From an uncultured Selenomonadales bacterium (lineage in GTDB: Bacteria; Bacillota; Negativicutes; Selenomonadales; Selenomonadaceae), in contig CAMJQS010000001.1 in assembly GCA_946408105.1 (NCBI GenBank), forward strand, positions 4,077 to 68,076: a stretch of 64,000 nucleotides of DNA, written 5' to 3'. The notes under the pieces are model-generated. The model had not been told where the DNA came from and made no database searches. It saw nothing but the letters and a program-made list of their open reading frames with translations. This document shows, piece after piece, positions 8,196 to 16,809 of the stretch. Position 1 is the stretch's first letter. The number at the start of each line of letters is the position of its first letter. A program made the translations under genes and the position numbers.

Positions 8196-9164
8196 ATGAA
8201 ACTTTCAATCTGCTCGGACGTATTCGGGAAAATTCCTTTCGGCGAAATGCTCGACAAAGTTAAAGCTTACGGCATCGGCGCGGTCGAAATCACGACGGGC
8301 GGCTGGGGCGGCTGCCATTACGTTCCCTCAGCGCGCGACCTGCTCGACAACCCCGGCAAGCTCCAAGCTTTCAAGGACGAACTCGACAAACGCAACATTG
8401 CAATTTCCGCGCTGAATTGTTCGGGCAATCCGCTCGTCAACAATCCTATGGGCAAAGCTCACAGCCAAACCATTCACGACACGGCGGAGTTCGCGGGCAA
8501 ACTCGGCGTCAAAACTATCGTCACGATGTCGGGACTTCCCGAAGCAAAAGCCGGTGATGTCACTCCGAACTGGATAACTTCGACAATTTCTTGGCCGGAA
8601 TATGACGGCGTGAATTACATGGTTGAGGCCGTGAAGTATCAGTGGGAAGTCGCCGCCAAATGGTGGAAAGAGTACGCGCAATTTGCAAAAGACAACGGCG
8701 TCGAAAAAATCGCGATTGAAGAATTCCCCTGCCAACTCGTTTACAACGTCCGCAGCCTTAATAAACTCGTGGAAGTCGTCGGCTCCGAACTCGGCAAGAT
8801 GATTGGTATGAACCTCGACCCGTCGCATTTGATGATTCAAGGCGCGGAACCGATTGCCGCGGCTCGTGCTCTCGGCGAAAAGATTTTCTACATTCACGGC
8901 AAGGACGCCCGAATCGAACGCTACAAAGCCGACGTGGACGGCTTGCTTGAAAATCTTCCCGTCGACAAATCTTCGGAGCGCACGTGGAATTATGTTGCAG
9001 TCGGTTGCGGCCGCGACTTGCAGTGGTGGAAAGAATTCTTTTCCGTCTGCCGCATGACGGGCTACAACGGTTACGTCTCGCTTGAAATGGAAGACCTGAC
9101 GATGAGCGTCGAGGCCGGCTTGAAAACTTCCATTGACGCTTTGAATCAAACTATCAGCCAATAA
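8196..9164 (+). CDS. Sugar phosphate isomerase/epimerase (xylose-isomerase-like TIM barrel)
   Basis: MKLSICSDVFGKIPFGEMLDKVKAYGIGAVEI..., 322 aa; ATG preceded by TAGGAGGG; the ORF-track start at 8091 is a read-through of the MFS remnant region. Confidence 0.75.
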   Translation: MKLSICSDVFGKIPFGEMLDKVKAYGIGAVEITTGGWGGCHYVPSARDLLDNPGKLQAFKDELDKRNIAISALNCSGNPLVNNPMGKAHSQTIHDTAEFAGKLGVKTIVTMSGLPEAKAGDVTPNWITSTISWPEYDGVNYMVEAVKYQWEVAAKWWKEYAQFAKDNGVEKIAIEEFPCQLVYNVRSLNKLVEVVGSELGKMIGMNLDPSHLMIQGAEPIAAARALGEKIFYIHGKDARIERYKADVDGLLENLPVDKSSERTWNYVAVGCGRDLQWWKEFFSVCRMTGYNGYVSLEMEDLTMSVEAGLKTSIDALNQTISQ

Positions 9165-9203
9165 AAATTTGCCTTACCTCTAATCTTTCGGATAAAAAAT
9201 TTT

Positions 9204-9241
9204 TTCCTGCAGGAAAAGTTCTTCACTGCAGGAATTTTTTT
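9204..9241 (+). terminator. Rho-independent terminator after the TIM-barrel gene
   Basis: TTCCTGCAG - 13-nt loop - CTGCAGGAA perfect 9-bp stem followed by T7. Confidence 0.8.
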
Positions 9242-9263
9242 CATTCAAAGGATACGAGCAGCT

Positions 9264-10112
9264 ATGAAGAGTGTCGACCCCGGCATATTGAGCCATTCGG
9301 AATGCTTTACCTTTCAACCTTCGGAAGTCGCCGCAAAGAGGATGAAATACCTCACATGGTGTGGCCATTATTTTTGCACGAACAGCTATTTTATGGAGCG
9401 CGATACTTATCCTTACGTGCTGGTCATCTTCGTGCGCGAAGGCAACATGGACGTTCGCTACTGCGGAAAAAATTATCTTATCGGCAAGGGCGACGTTCTT
9501 TTGATTGATTGCGTCTACCCGCATTATTATCGCGCTCACGACGGCCTGGAATTTTTGTACATGCACTTCGACGGCGTTTGCTCCCACGAAGTCACCGAGC
9601 TGATTATCCAAAACAACAACAGCCCCGTCTTCCGACGCTCGCACAATCTTAAAGTCGGGCAAGAAATTTTCGACTGTGTGAAATTTTTCAGCAAGGGCGG
9701 CATGACAAATATTTTCCTGGACGCTTTCCGCATTGAACGAATTTTATATTTGCTCTCGTGTGAAGCGGAAGAAAAAATTATCGAGACTTCGCCCATGGAA
9801 AAAATCATCACGCACATTCACGAAAATTTTACGCGGACGATCACGGTCGAGGAGCTGGCAAAAATTGCAAACGTCAGCACGAGTTATTTGGCTCACGCCT
9901 TCAAAAAACAAACCGGCTACGCGCCGGTTGAATATGTCATTAAAATGCGCATGGAACGCGCGATGATGTTGCTCACGCACTCAAGCAAGACCGTCGCCGA
10001 AATTTCGGAAGAGGTCGGCTATGATTCTTTGCCCGCGTTCATAAAAATTTTTAAGCGCAAGACCAATTACTCGCCGAGCGTCTATCGCAAACTTCAGAAG
10101 TCAAATCCTTGA
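9264..10112 (+). CDS. AraC-family transcriptional regulator (cupin sensor + HTH)
   Basis: C-terminal ...ITVEELAKIANVSTSYLAHAFKKQTGYAPVEYVIKMRMERAMMLLTHSSKTVAEISEEVGYDSLPAF AraC HTH pair. Confidence 0.9.
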   Translation: MKSVDPGILSHSECFTFQPSEVAAKRMKYLTWCGHYFCTNSYFMERDTYPYVLVIFVREGNMDVRYCGKNYLIGKGDVLLIDCVYPHYYRAHDGLEFLYMHFDGVCSHEVTELIIQNNNSPVFRRSHNLKVGQEIFDCVKFFSKGGMTNIFLDAFRIERILYLLSCEAEEKIIETSPMEKIITHIHENFTRTITVEELAKIANVSTSYLAHAFKKQTGYAPVEYVIKMRMERAMMLLTHSSKTVAEISEEVGYDSLPAFIKIFKRKTNYSPSVYRKLQKSNP

Positions 10113-10773
10113 CGACTTCGCCCGCCAAAATCAAACCGGCGACACTCGGCACGAAGGCAGCGGAGCCGATAAAATTTTTCACGGGGCGCGGCGTCTCGTC
10201 CGACCAAACGACTTTCAAATTTTTTATGCCGCGCTCTTTTAATTTTTTGCGCAAAATTTTTGCGACGGGGTCGACGGACGTTTGAAAAATATCCGCGACT
10301 TTAAATTTCGTCGGGTCAAGTTTGTTGCCCGCGCCCATGCTCGAAATAATTTTTATCTCGCGGCGCGCGCACTCCTCGACCAAAAAAATTTTCGCCGCCA
10401 ACGTGTCAATCGCGTCGACGACGTAATCGTATCGGCAAATAAAAAAATCCTCGACGTGTTCGTCGGGCAGAAAAAATTTTTGAATCGTATCGACTCGCGC
10501 GGCGGGGTTAATGTCAAAAATTCTCTCGCGCATGACTTCGACTTTTGACTTGTCGACCGTGGACGTGAGCGCGTGAAGTTGTCGGTTGATGTTCGTTTCG
10601 TCGATGTCGTCTTTGTCAATCAAAACCAAATGGCCGACGCCCGAACGAGCCAGAGCCTCGACCGCGAACGAGCCGACGCCGCCCACGCCGAACACCGCGA
10701 CCGTCGCCGCGTTGAGTTTGGAAAAATTTTCTTCGCCGATTAAAATTTTCAGCCGCTGAAATCTGTCGTTCAT
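10051..10773 (-). CDS. tcdA: tRNA threonylcarbamoyladenosine dehydratase (ThiF/E1-like, TcdA/CsdL)
   Basis: MNDRFQRLKILIGEENFSKLNAATVAVFGVGGVGSFAVEALARSGVGHLVLIDKDDIDETNINRQ; start at internal ATG with RBS AAGAGGAA. Confidence 0.8.
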   Translation of the reverse strand: MNDRFQRLKILIGEENFSKLNAATVAVFGVGGVGSFAVEALARSGVGHLVLIDKDDIDETNINRQLHALTSTVDKSKVEVMRERIFDINPAARVDTIQKFFLPDEHVEDFFICRYDYVVDAIDTLAAKIFLVEECARREIKIISSMGAGNKLDPTKFKVADIFQTSVDPVAKILRKKLKERGIKNLKVVWSDETPRPVKNFIGSAAFVPSVAGLILAGEVVKDLTSEVCDRRSASNWSCA

Positions 10774-10917
10774 GAATTCCTCTTTGCAAAAAATTTTTAA
10801 CAACAAACGAAATAATCTCGGCGCGGCGACTGACTAAAAATTTTTGAACACTCGAACGCGTCAGCTGTTCCGCCGCTTTCAAAGCGGCCGCCGATTAAAA
10901 TTTTCAGCCGCTGAAAT
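10734..10917. repeat. Gene-boundary cassette E: 126-bp insert (10763..10888) flanked by perfect 29-bp direct repeats (10734..10762 and 10889..10917)
   Basis: Both copies read cgccgattaaaattttcagccgctgaaat. The left copy is codons 5-14 of tcdA. The right copy follows an ATG that overlaps the ftsZ stop as ATGA. Confidence 0.9.
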
Positions 10918-10918
10918 T

Positions 10919-12100
10919 TCATTTGTCATTTCTCGGACGGAGAGTGAACGTCGGCAGCTGAAATTTATTTTCGGGCGGAGGCTGCGGCTTGGGTGCCTCG
11001 AAGTTGAAACCTTTCGACACTGTGATGTTCGATTGCGGGACTTCGATCGTCGGCGACTTGAGCGCGAGGCTGTCGGCAAAATCCGTGGCGATAATCGTCG
11101 CTTGAATCGTTCCGTTCATGCTCTTATCAATCACCGTGCCCAAAATTATATTCACGTCGTCTTCGGTCTGGCTGAAGATGTAACTTGCGGCGGCGTTCAC
11201 GTCGTGAATCGGTAAAGTTTCGTCGCCGGTGATGTTCAAAATAATTCCGCGCGCGCCCTTCAAAGATTTATCAATCAACGGACTTTGAATCGCTTCTTTG
11301 ACGGCCTGCACCGCGCTGATGTTGCTTCTGCCGATGCCGAGGAGCGCGTCGCTGGATTCGCTTTGACGGAAAATCGTCGTCATGTCCGCGAAGTCAACAT
11401 TAATCACGCCCGTCGTCAAAATCAATTCGGCCACGCAACGAATCGCCTGACGCAAAACAGAATCGGCCGCGTTGAAGGCGTCGACCATGTTCAGATTTTT
11501 ATTTTCGGGGAGCTTCATCAAGTTATCGTTCTTCACGACAATCAGCGCGTCCATGTAAGATTGCATGCGGACGATGCCTTCGTTGGCGATGCGTTGCTTG
11601 CGTCGACCTTCAAAGCCGAAAGGAAGCGTGACGACTCCGACAGTCAACATGCCGAGTTCTTTTGCCAGGCGAGCCACAATCGGAGCCGCGCCCGTGCCGG
11701 TGCCGCCGCCCATTGCCGCCGTGATAAAAATCATGTCCGCGCCGACCATCATTTCCTTCAGGCGTTCGGAATCGTTTTTGGCAGCCTGTTCGCCCAAAGC
11801 AACCGAACCGCCCGTGCCGCGTCCTTTGGTGAGCTGTTCGCCGATTTGCGCAATGCGAATCTTGTCCGTGTTTGAAAAGCTCAACGCGTGCGAGTCGGTG
11901 TTGACTGCGACCAATTCAATTTCCAAAAAATCACTCTCGGCAATTCGTTTCAAGACGCTGTTGCCGCCGCCGCCCACGCCGAAAACTTTTATCGTGACGA
12001 GGGCTCTTTTTATTGCCGCGTCGTCTTCGGCCTTCTGCCGGTCTTTATTTTGGCGAAGTTTTTTCAATGCTTCCTTGATTGCCGCATCGTTAGCCCCCAT
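10919..12100 (-). CDS. ftsZ: Cell-division GTPase FtsZ (about 25-aa N-terminal extension)
   Basis: KVFGVGGGGNS, AAMGGGTGTGAAP tubulin signature, C-terminal LPTFTLRPR peptide; ATG at 12100 preceded by GGAAGGGAAAG. Confidence 0.9.
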   Translation of the reverse strand: MGANDAAIKEALKKLRQNKDRQKAEDDAAIKRALVTIKVFGVGGGGNSVLKRIAESDFLEIELVAVNTDSHALSFSNTDKIRIAQIGEQLTKGRGTGGSVALGEQAAKNDSERLKEMMVGADMIFITAAMGGGTGTGAAPIVARLAKELGMLTVGVVTLPFGFEGRRKQRIANEGIVRMQSYMDALIVVKNDNLMKLPENKNLNMVDAFNAADSVLRQAIRCVAELILTTGVINVDFADMTTIFRQSESSDALLGIGRSNISAVQAVKEAIQSPLIDKSLKGARGIILNITGDETLPIHDVNAAASYIFSQTEDDVNIILGTVIDKSMNGTIQATIIATDFADSLALKSPTIEVPQSNITVSKGFNFEAPKPQPPPENKFQLPTFTLRPRNDK

Positions 12101-12224
12101 AAACTTTCTTTCCCTTCCAAAATTTTTCAATCAATCTTCGACGCGCAAAAAATTTTTCCTTCATTGCGCCCTACTATAAAAAAATCCTATTTATTTTACA
12201 AAATTTTTTCGCTAAACCTATCGG

Positions 12225-12233
12225 GGGGGGGTT
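12225..12233. repeat. G9 homopolymer in the ftsZ upstream intergenic region
   Basis: Read directly: ctatc-ggggggggg-ttgtttg. Confidence 0.95.
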
Positions 12234-12320
12234 GTTTGAATATAAAGGTTTGTTATAATACGCAGGTATCATGATACCATAAAACATCTCTTTTCTACGT
12301 GAAAGAAAAAGTTTGCGTTA

Positions 12321-12362
12321 AAAAGCTCACGTCAATTTATCTTTAACGGCGTGAGTTTTTTT
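12321..12362. terminator. Bidirectional terminator downstream of the EamA gene
   Basis: CTCACGTC - 14-nt loop - GGCGTGAG stem flanked by A5 and T7. Confidence 0.7.
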
Positions 12363-12372
12363 ATGCCAAAAT

Positions 12373-13251
12373 TCACAGAGATTTTTTTATCAGCGACCAC
12401 TGCGCCGCGAGCATTCCGATTAACATCAAAACGCAACCGAAAATTTCCCGCGAAGTCATAATTTCTCCGAGCAACAGCCAACCCGCCAACGCTCCGAAAA
12501 TTGCCTCAAAGCTCATCAAGATTGCGGCGGTCGCCGGCTCCGCGTATCGTTGCCCGTAATTTTGCAAAGTGAACGCCACGGCCGAACTCATCACGCCGCC
12601 GTAAAGAATCGGGAACCACGCGTTGAGCATTGCGGAAAATTTTGGAGCCTCAAGCGCAAACATCGCCGCGAAACTCAAAATCATCACGATAAAAATTTGC
12701 GCGGCGGACAGTTCGATTAAGTCGACCTTCGAGGCGAATCGGTCAATCAATAAAATTTGCGCCGTCCAAACAAATGCGCTTACAAAAAGTATCGCGTCGC
12801 CGAGTTGGATTGAAAAACTTTCGCCGATTGCCAAAAGATACAGCCCGACGAGCGCGAGACCCGCGCCCAACCAATTTTCCCGCCGAATTATTTTCCCGAA
12901 AAGTTTTGCGCCGAGCGGAACGAACACGATGTAAAGACACGTGATGAACGCAGCCTTGCCCGCCGTCGAATATTGCAGCGCGATTTGTTGCATGGAGCTT
13001 GCCGCGAACAACACGACGCCGATTAACAGCCCGATTAAAAATCCGCGCCGATAATTTTTTTTCCGCCGTTCGACCGCCCGTTGCTTGCGCGTGAAAATCA
13101 AAAGCGCGACCAACGACAAAAAGCCCGCCGAATATCTTGCCGCCGCGTAGGAGAAGGGGCCGAGGCCGTCCATGCCTTCGAGCTGTGCAACGAACGTCGT
13201 GCCCCAAAAAAACGCCGCGCCCAAAAGCATCAGCGTTCCTTTTATCTGCAT
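12373..13251 (-). CDS. EamA/DMT-family transporter
   Basis: 10-TM hydrophobic profile, MQIKGTLMLLGAAFFWGTTFVAQ start, RBS GAGGAGGAA; 292 aa. Confidence 0.8.
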   Translation of the reverse strand: MQIKGTLMLLGAAFFWGTTFVAQLEGMDGLGPFSYAAARYSAGFLSLVALLIFTRKQRAVERRKKNYRRGFLIGLLIGVVLFAASSMQQIALQYSTAGKAAFITCLYIVFVPLGAKLFGKIIRRENWLGAGLALVGLYLLAIGESFSIQLGDAILFVSAFVWTAQILLIDRFASKVDLIELSAAQIFIVMILSFAAMFALEAPKFSAMLNAWFPILYGGVMSSAVAFTLQNYGQRYAEPATAAILMSFEAIFGALAGWLLLGEIMTSREIFGCVLMLIGMLAAQWSLIKKSL

Positions 13252-13267
13252 GAAAAATTTTTCCTCC

Positions 13268-14236
13268 TCAACAGACGACCCGATTGCGTCCCGTTTCCTT
13301 CGCGCGATAAAGTCTCTCGTCCGCAACTTTTATATTTTCTTCAAGAGACAGAGCGCGATTAATTTCAGCGACGCCGAAACTCATCGTCACGGAAATTTTT
13401 TTGTCGTCGAAGAGGCAAACGGAATTCATTATCGCCCGACGAATTTTTTCGGCAAGGTCGGCCGCCTCGGAAGTGTTCGCGCCTTCGAGGACGATTAAAA
13501 ATTCTTCGCCGCCCCACCTGTAAACATTTCCGTGCGCCGACAAAATTTTTGCCGCATGTTTTAAAACCGCGTCGCCCGCGTTGTGCCCGAAGGTGTCGTT
13601 CACTTTTTTGAAAAAATCTATGTCGCAAATTATCAGTGCGCCTTGCCCGCCGCGATAATCGCTGTGAAGTCCGAAACGATTTTTCAGCCCTGTAAGTTTG
13701 TCGTGCTCGCTGTCCGCCAAAAAAATATCGCTCTCCAACACCAGCCCGCAAACGAACGCCGCGATTGAAAGTCGTTTCGTGTCTTCCGCCTCGTCGAAGC
13801 CGCCGCCGCCGAGTTTGTTTATCGCCTGATACGCGCCGATAATTTCTCCGCGACAATTCGCAACGGGCATAACCAAAATTGATTTCGTAACGTAGCCCGT
13901 CTTCTTGTCGACCTCCGCGTTGAACTTCGGGTGCTTGTACGGCTCGTTGGTTATTATCACTCGATTTTCCGCCAGGGCCTGACCGACCAGACCCGTCTTG
14001 TCGCTGATGATGATTTGCTGCGTGCCCGTGGCCGCCGTCGTCTTCAAAAGTCTCGCGCGTTTGTCCCAACGCCAAAAACTTGCTCTGTCCGCGTCGACAA
14101 GTGTCCGCCCCAGCTCCGCCAAAATCTCAAAAACTTTTTCGCGTCCTTTTCTGCGGCTCATTTCCGAATAAAGACTTTGCATGATAGAAAAAATTTTGTT
14201 CAGCATTTCTTCCGCCGAAATTTTTTCGTCCGCCAT
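13268..14236 (-). CDS. GAF-domain diguanylate cyclase (GGDEF)
   Basis: N-terminal GAF-like region (...LVDADRASFWRWD...VMPVANCRGEIIGAYQAINK), C-terminal DKLTGLKNRF...FFKKVNDTFGHNAGD...YRWGGEEFLIVL. Confidence 0.9.
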   Translation of the reverse strand: MADEKISAEEMLNKIFSIMQSLYSEMSRRKGREKVFEILAELGRTLVDADRASFWRWDKRARLLKTTAATGTQQIIISDKTGLVGQALAENRVIITNEPYKHPKFNAEVDKKTGYVTKSILVMPVANCRGEIIGAYQAINKLGGGGFDEAEDTKRLSIAAFVCGLVLESDIFLADSEHDKLTGLKNRFGLHSDYRGGQGALIICDIDFFKKVNDTFGHNAGDAVLKHAAKILSAHGNVYRWGGEEFLIVLEGANTSEAADLAEKIRRAIMNSVCLFDDKKISVTMSFGVAEINRALSLEENIKVADERLYRAKETGRNRVVC

Positions 14237-14249
14237 AATTTTTTTCTCC

Positions 14250-15032
14250 TTACAAAAAATATTCGTCGCCTGCCTTCGCGAAGGGTGCGCCCGCTTTCCG
14301 TTCCATTTCCGCAAGCTCGTCGTCCGTTCTCAGCGGCGCGTGGTGCACGAAAATAATTTTTTTCGCGCCGGCTCTTTCCGCAACTTTAATTCCTTCTTCC
14401 GCCGTGGAGTGCCCGTAACCTTTGTAGCGCGCGTACTCTTCCGCCGTGTATTGCGCGTCGTAAAGCAGCAAGTCACAATCTTTGGCGAAGGCAGCTAACG
14501 CCGCGCAAGCTTCGCGGTTGTGTTCAAAGTCCGTGGCGTGGACAATCGATTTGCCGTTGTAAGTCAGCCGATAAAGCGTCGAGCCTTTCGGGTGCGAACC
14601 TTCCAGCGTGTCGACTTCCACTTGGCCGATTGAAAATTTTTTCGGCAAGAGATGAAAGCTCACCTTCGCGGGATAATCTTCAATCTTGCACGGCCAGAAG
14701 GGATTGGAAATAATTTTGTCGATTGCCGCCTTTGGAGAGAGCCCGACTCTTTCTGCCGCGAAAATTTCAATCGGTCTGTCCTTTTGCGTCAGCGCGACGA
14801 AAAACGGCAGTCCGACCAAATGATCCAAGTGCATGTGCGTCAACAAAATTGTTATGTTTGAATTTTTTTCGGGAAGGGAACTTACGATGCCGGAGCCCGC
14901 GTCCAAATAAATTTCCTCGTCGCCGGCCTGCACTTTGTAGCTTGAAGTCGCGCCGCCATAAATCGAAAAGTTTTTTCCTTCCACGGGCACGGAGCCGCGT
15001 GTCCCCAAAACAGTCAATTTAAAATTGTCCAT
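14250..15032 (-). CDS. MBL-fold metallo-hydrolase, possible cyclic-nucleotide phosphodiesterase
   Basis: LTVLGTRGS start, LLTHMHLDHLVGLPFF (HxHxDH), ...GHSTAEEGIKVAERAGAKKIIFVHH; 260 aa. Confidence 0.75.
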   Translation of the reverse strand: MDNFKLTVLGTRGSVPVEGKNFSIYGGATSSYKVQAGDEEIYLDAGSGIVSSLPEKNSNITILLTHMHLDHLVGLPFFVALTQKDRPIEIFAAERVGLSPKAAIDKIISNPFWPCKIEDYPAKVSFHLLPKKFSIGQVEVDTLEGSHPKGSTLYRLTYNGKSIVHATDFEHNREACAALAAFAKDCDLLLYDAQYTAEEYARYKGYGHSTAEEGIKVAERAGAKKIIFVHHAPLRTDDELAEMERKAGAPFAKAGDEYFL

Positions 15033-15039
15033 AAAAAAA

Positions 15040-16806
15040 TTATTCCTCCTGCGTTTCGTTCAGCGAATTAAGAATCAAAACTTCAAAGTCGTCTCGTTTG
15101 CCTTTGAGCTTTACGGAATTTCCCAACGACGTGACGGAAGCTTGAGAGCCCAAAACATCTGCCACTGCGCGCGAGATAAAAATTTTTCCACCGGGCGCGT
15201 TGGCCTCCAGACGAGCCGCCGTGTTCACCGTGTCGCCGATTGCCGTGTAATCCATTCGATACGGGCTACCGATGTTGCCGACGACCGCCGCCCCCCAATG
15301 AACGCCGACACCGAAAGAAATTTCGCAGCCGCAACGATTTTTAATTTCCGCACGCAACTTCTCGGAACCTTTAATCATGTCCAGGGCGGCGCGGCAAGCA
15401 AGCTCGACGGGATTTTTTTGCGGCAAGGGCGCGTTCCAAAAAGCCATGGTACAATCGCCGACGAATTTATCCAGCGTGCCGTGGTGGCGGCGGATGCATT
15501 CCGTTGTAAGCGTCAAGTATTGGTTGAGAATTTCGACGACGACGGGCGCGCTCAACTTTTCGCTCAAGGTCGTGAAGCCGCGAATGTCCACGAACAGAAC
15601 GGCAATATCCTTCAACGCGCCGCCGACGTTCAAAGCTTCGGGGCGGCTCAAAAGTTGATTGATAATCGTCGGGTCAACGTATCGCCCGAAAGTTTCAGCG
15701 ATTGAAGACTTTTCGTCTCGTTCGCGAAAATAATTTGTCGTGACGGAACCGACAAACAAAATGCTCACGGCCAGCGGAATCCACACGACGTGAAAAATAA
15801 TTTCGTTGAGATAAAAAATTTTGCACAAGACGAGCCAGCCGAAAAAAATAATCAGCCAGACAGTCAAGACGCTTTGCATTTTGCCCGCGCGAAAAAAAAT
15901 TATCGACGCAAAACTCACGAGGAAAAGAATCGTCAGCTGAAAAATTTTTCCGACTTCACGCGGGAAAAAATTTTCTTGGAAAGCCTGAATCGCGTTGGCG
16001 TGAATGTCGACGCCGTACATGGGAAAAGAATGATCCAACGCCGTCGAAAAATCTTCGCCCGTGCCGGGAGCGACTGCGCCGATTAAAACAATTTTCCCGC
16101 GATAAAGTTCGGCGTCCGCTTTGTCTTCCAGCACGTCAAGGAAGCTGATGACGGGAAAATTTTTCGCGGCGAAGGGCAAATAAAAAAGCCCGTTGCTTTC
16201 CGTTGGCGGCGGCGGCGAAGGAGAAATTTTTTCGGCGCGGCACCACTTCTCGTAAATCACTCGCGCGAAAGAATAAATTCGCCCGCGTTCCTCGACGTTT
16301 ATAAAAAGAAGCTGTCGACGGACGATACCGTCGGCGTCGCAGGGAATGAAGATGTGCCCGTTGTCGGTCGCTTGAAGCAGCGCGGGGAACGGCGAATCCC
16401 ACGGCCAAATTTTATTCCACGGGTCGTCGTCGTTCTCGTCGACAGCGGCCGCCGAAGCCGTCACGACATTTTTATATTTTGCGGCGACGGCAGCGAAATT
16501 TTTATCGTCGTCAATCGTGTCTTGGTTTTCGCCGCTGAAAAGAAAATCAATTCCGATGACGGCGGGCGGCGCGGTTGAATTCATCTGTTCGATAACTTTT
16601 GAAATGTCACGCCTAATCCACGACGAGAGCGGGCCGAGCTTTGAAAGAGTTTTTGAATCGATACCGACGACGACGATGTTTGAACTTGCCGCGTGCGGCG
16701 ATTGATAAAGTCTGTCAGAAATTTTTGCGTCGAAATCGTCCAAGCAACCCGACGCGGCCGTTGCCGTCATAAGCGCGGCGAGCACGAAGGCGACAAAAAA
16801 TTTCAT
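15040..16806 (-). CDS. CHASE2-sensor class III adenylate/guanylate cyclase
   Basis: Signal/TM, ~330-aa periplasmic region, 3 TM helices, then FVDIRGFTTLSEKL...FVGDCTMAFWNAP...GDTVNTAARLEA cyclase core. Confidence 0.9.
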   Translation of the reverse strand: MKFFVAFVLAALMTATAASGCLDDFDAKISDRLYQSPHAASSNIVVVGIDSKTLSKLGPLSSWIRRDISKVIEQMNSTAPPAVIGIDFLFSGENQDTIDDDKNFAAVAAKYKNVVTASAAAVDENDDDPWNKIWPWDSPFPALLQATDNGHIFIPCDADGIVRRQLLFINVEERGRIYSFARVIYEKWCRAEKISPSPPPPTESNGLFYLPFAAKNFPVISFLDVLEDKADAELYRGKIVLIGAVAPGTGEDFSTALDHSFPMYGVDIHANAIQAFQENFFPREVGKIFQLTILFLVSFASIIFFRAGKMQSVLTVWLIIFFGWLVLCKIFYLNEIIFHVVWIPLAVSILFVGSVTTNYFRERDEKSSIAETFGRYVDPTIINQLLSRPEALNVGGALKDIAVLFVDIRGFTTLSEKLSAPVVVEILNQYLTLTTECIRRHHGTLDKFVGDCTMAFWNAPLPQKNPVELACRAALDMIKGSEKLRAEIKNRCGCEISFGVGVHWGAAVVGNIGSPYRMDYTAIGDTVNTAARLEANAPGGKIFISRAVADVLGSQASVTSLGNSVKLKGKRDDFEVLILNSLNETQEE

Positions 16807-16809
16807 CGT

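Noticed and set aside
10051-10112. 62-bp overlap of the convergent AraC and tcdA genes
   Set aside because: Both stops are fixed by the sequence and both C-termini are poorly conserved tails. This is probably an unremarkable convergent overlap and not evidence for mis-annotation or antisense regulation.
10919-12100. FtsZ homologue as a phage/plasmid tubulin (PhuZ/TubZ-like) or defence-associated paralogue
   Set aside because: It carries the canonical GGGTGTG signature, a normal FtsZ core and a C-terminal LPTF..R peptide. Only its location and N-terminal extension are unusual.
15040-16806. Nucleotide cyclase as a possible CBASS/Pycsar-type anti-phage signalling enzyme
   Set aside because: The architecture is a membrane-anchored CHASE2 sensor fused to a class III cyclase. 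No effector (TIR, patatin, endonuclease or TM-toxin) is adjacent. The neighbours are ordinary second-messenger signalling proteins.
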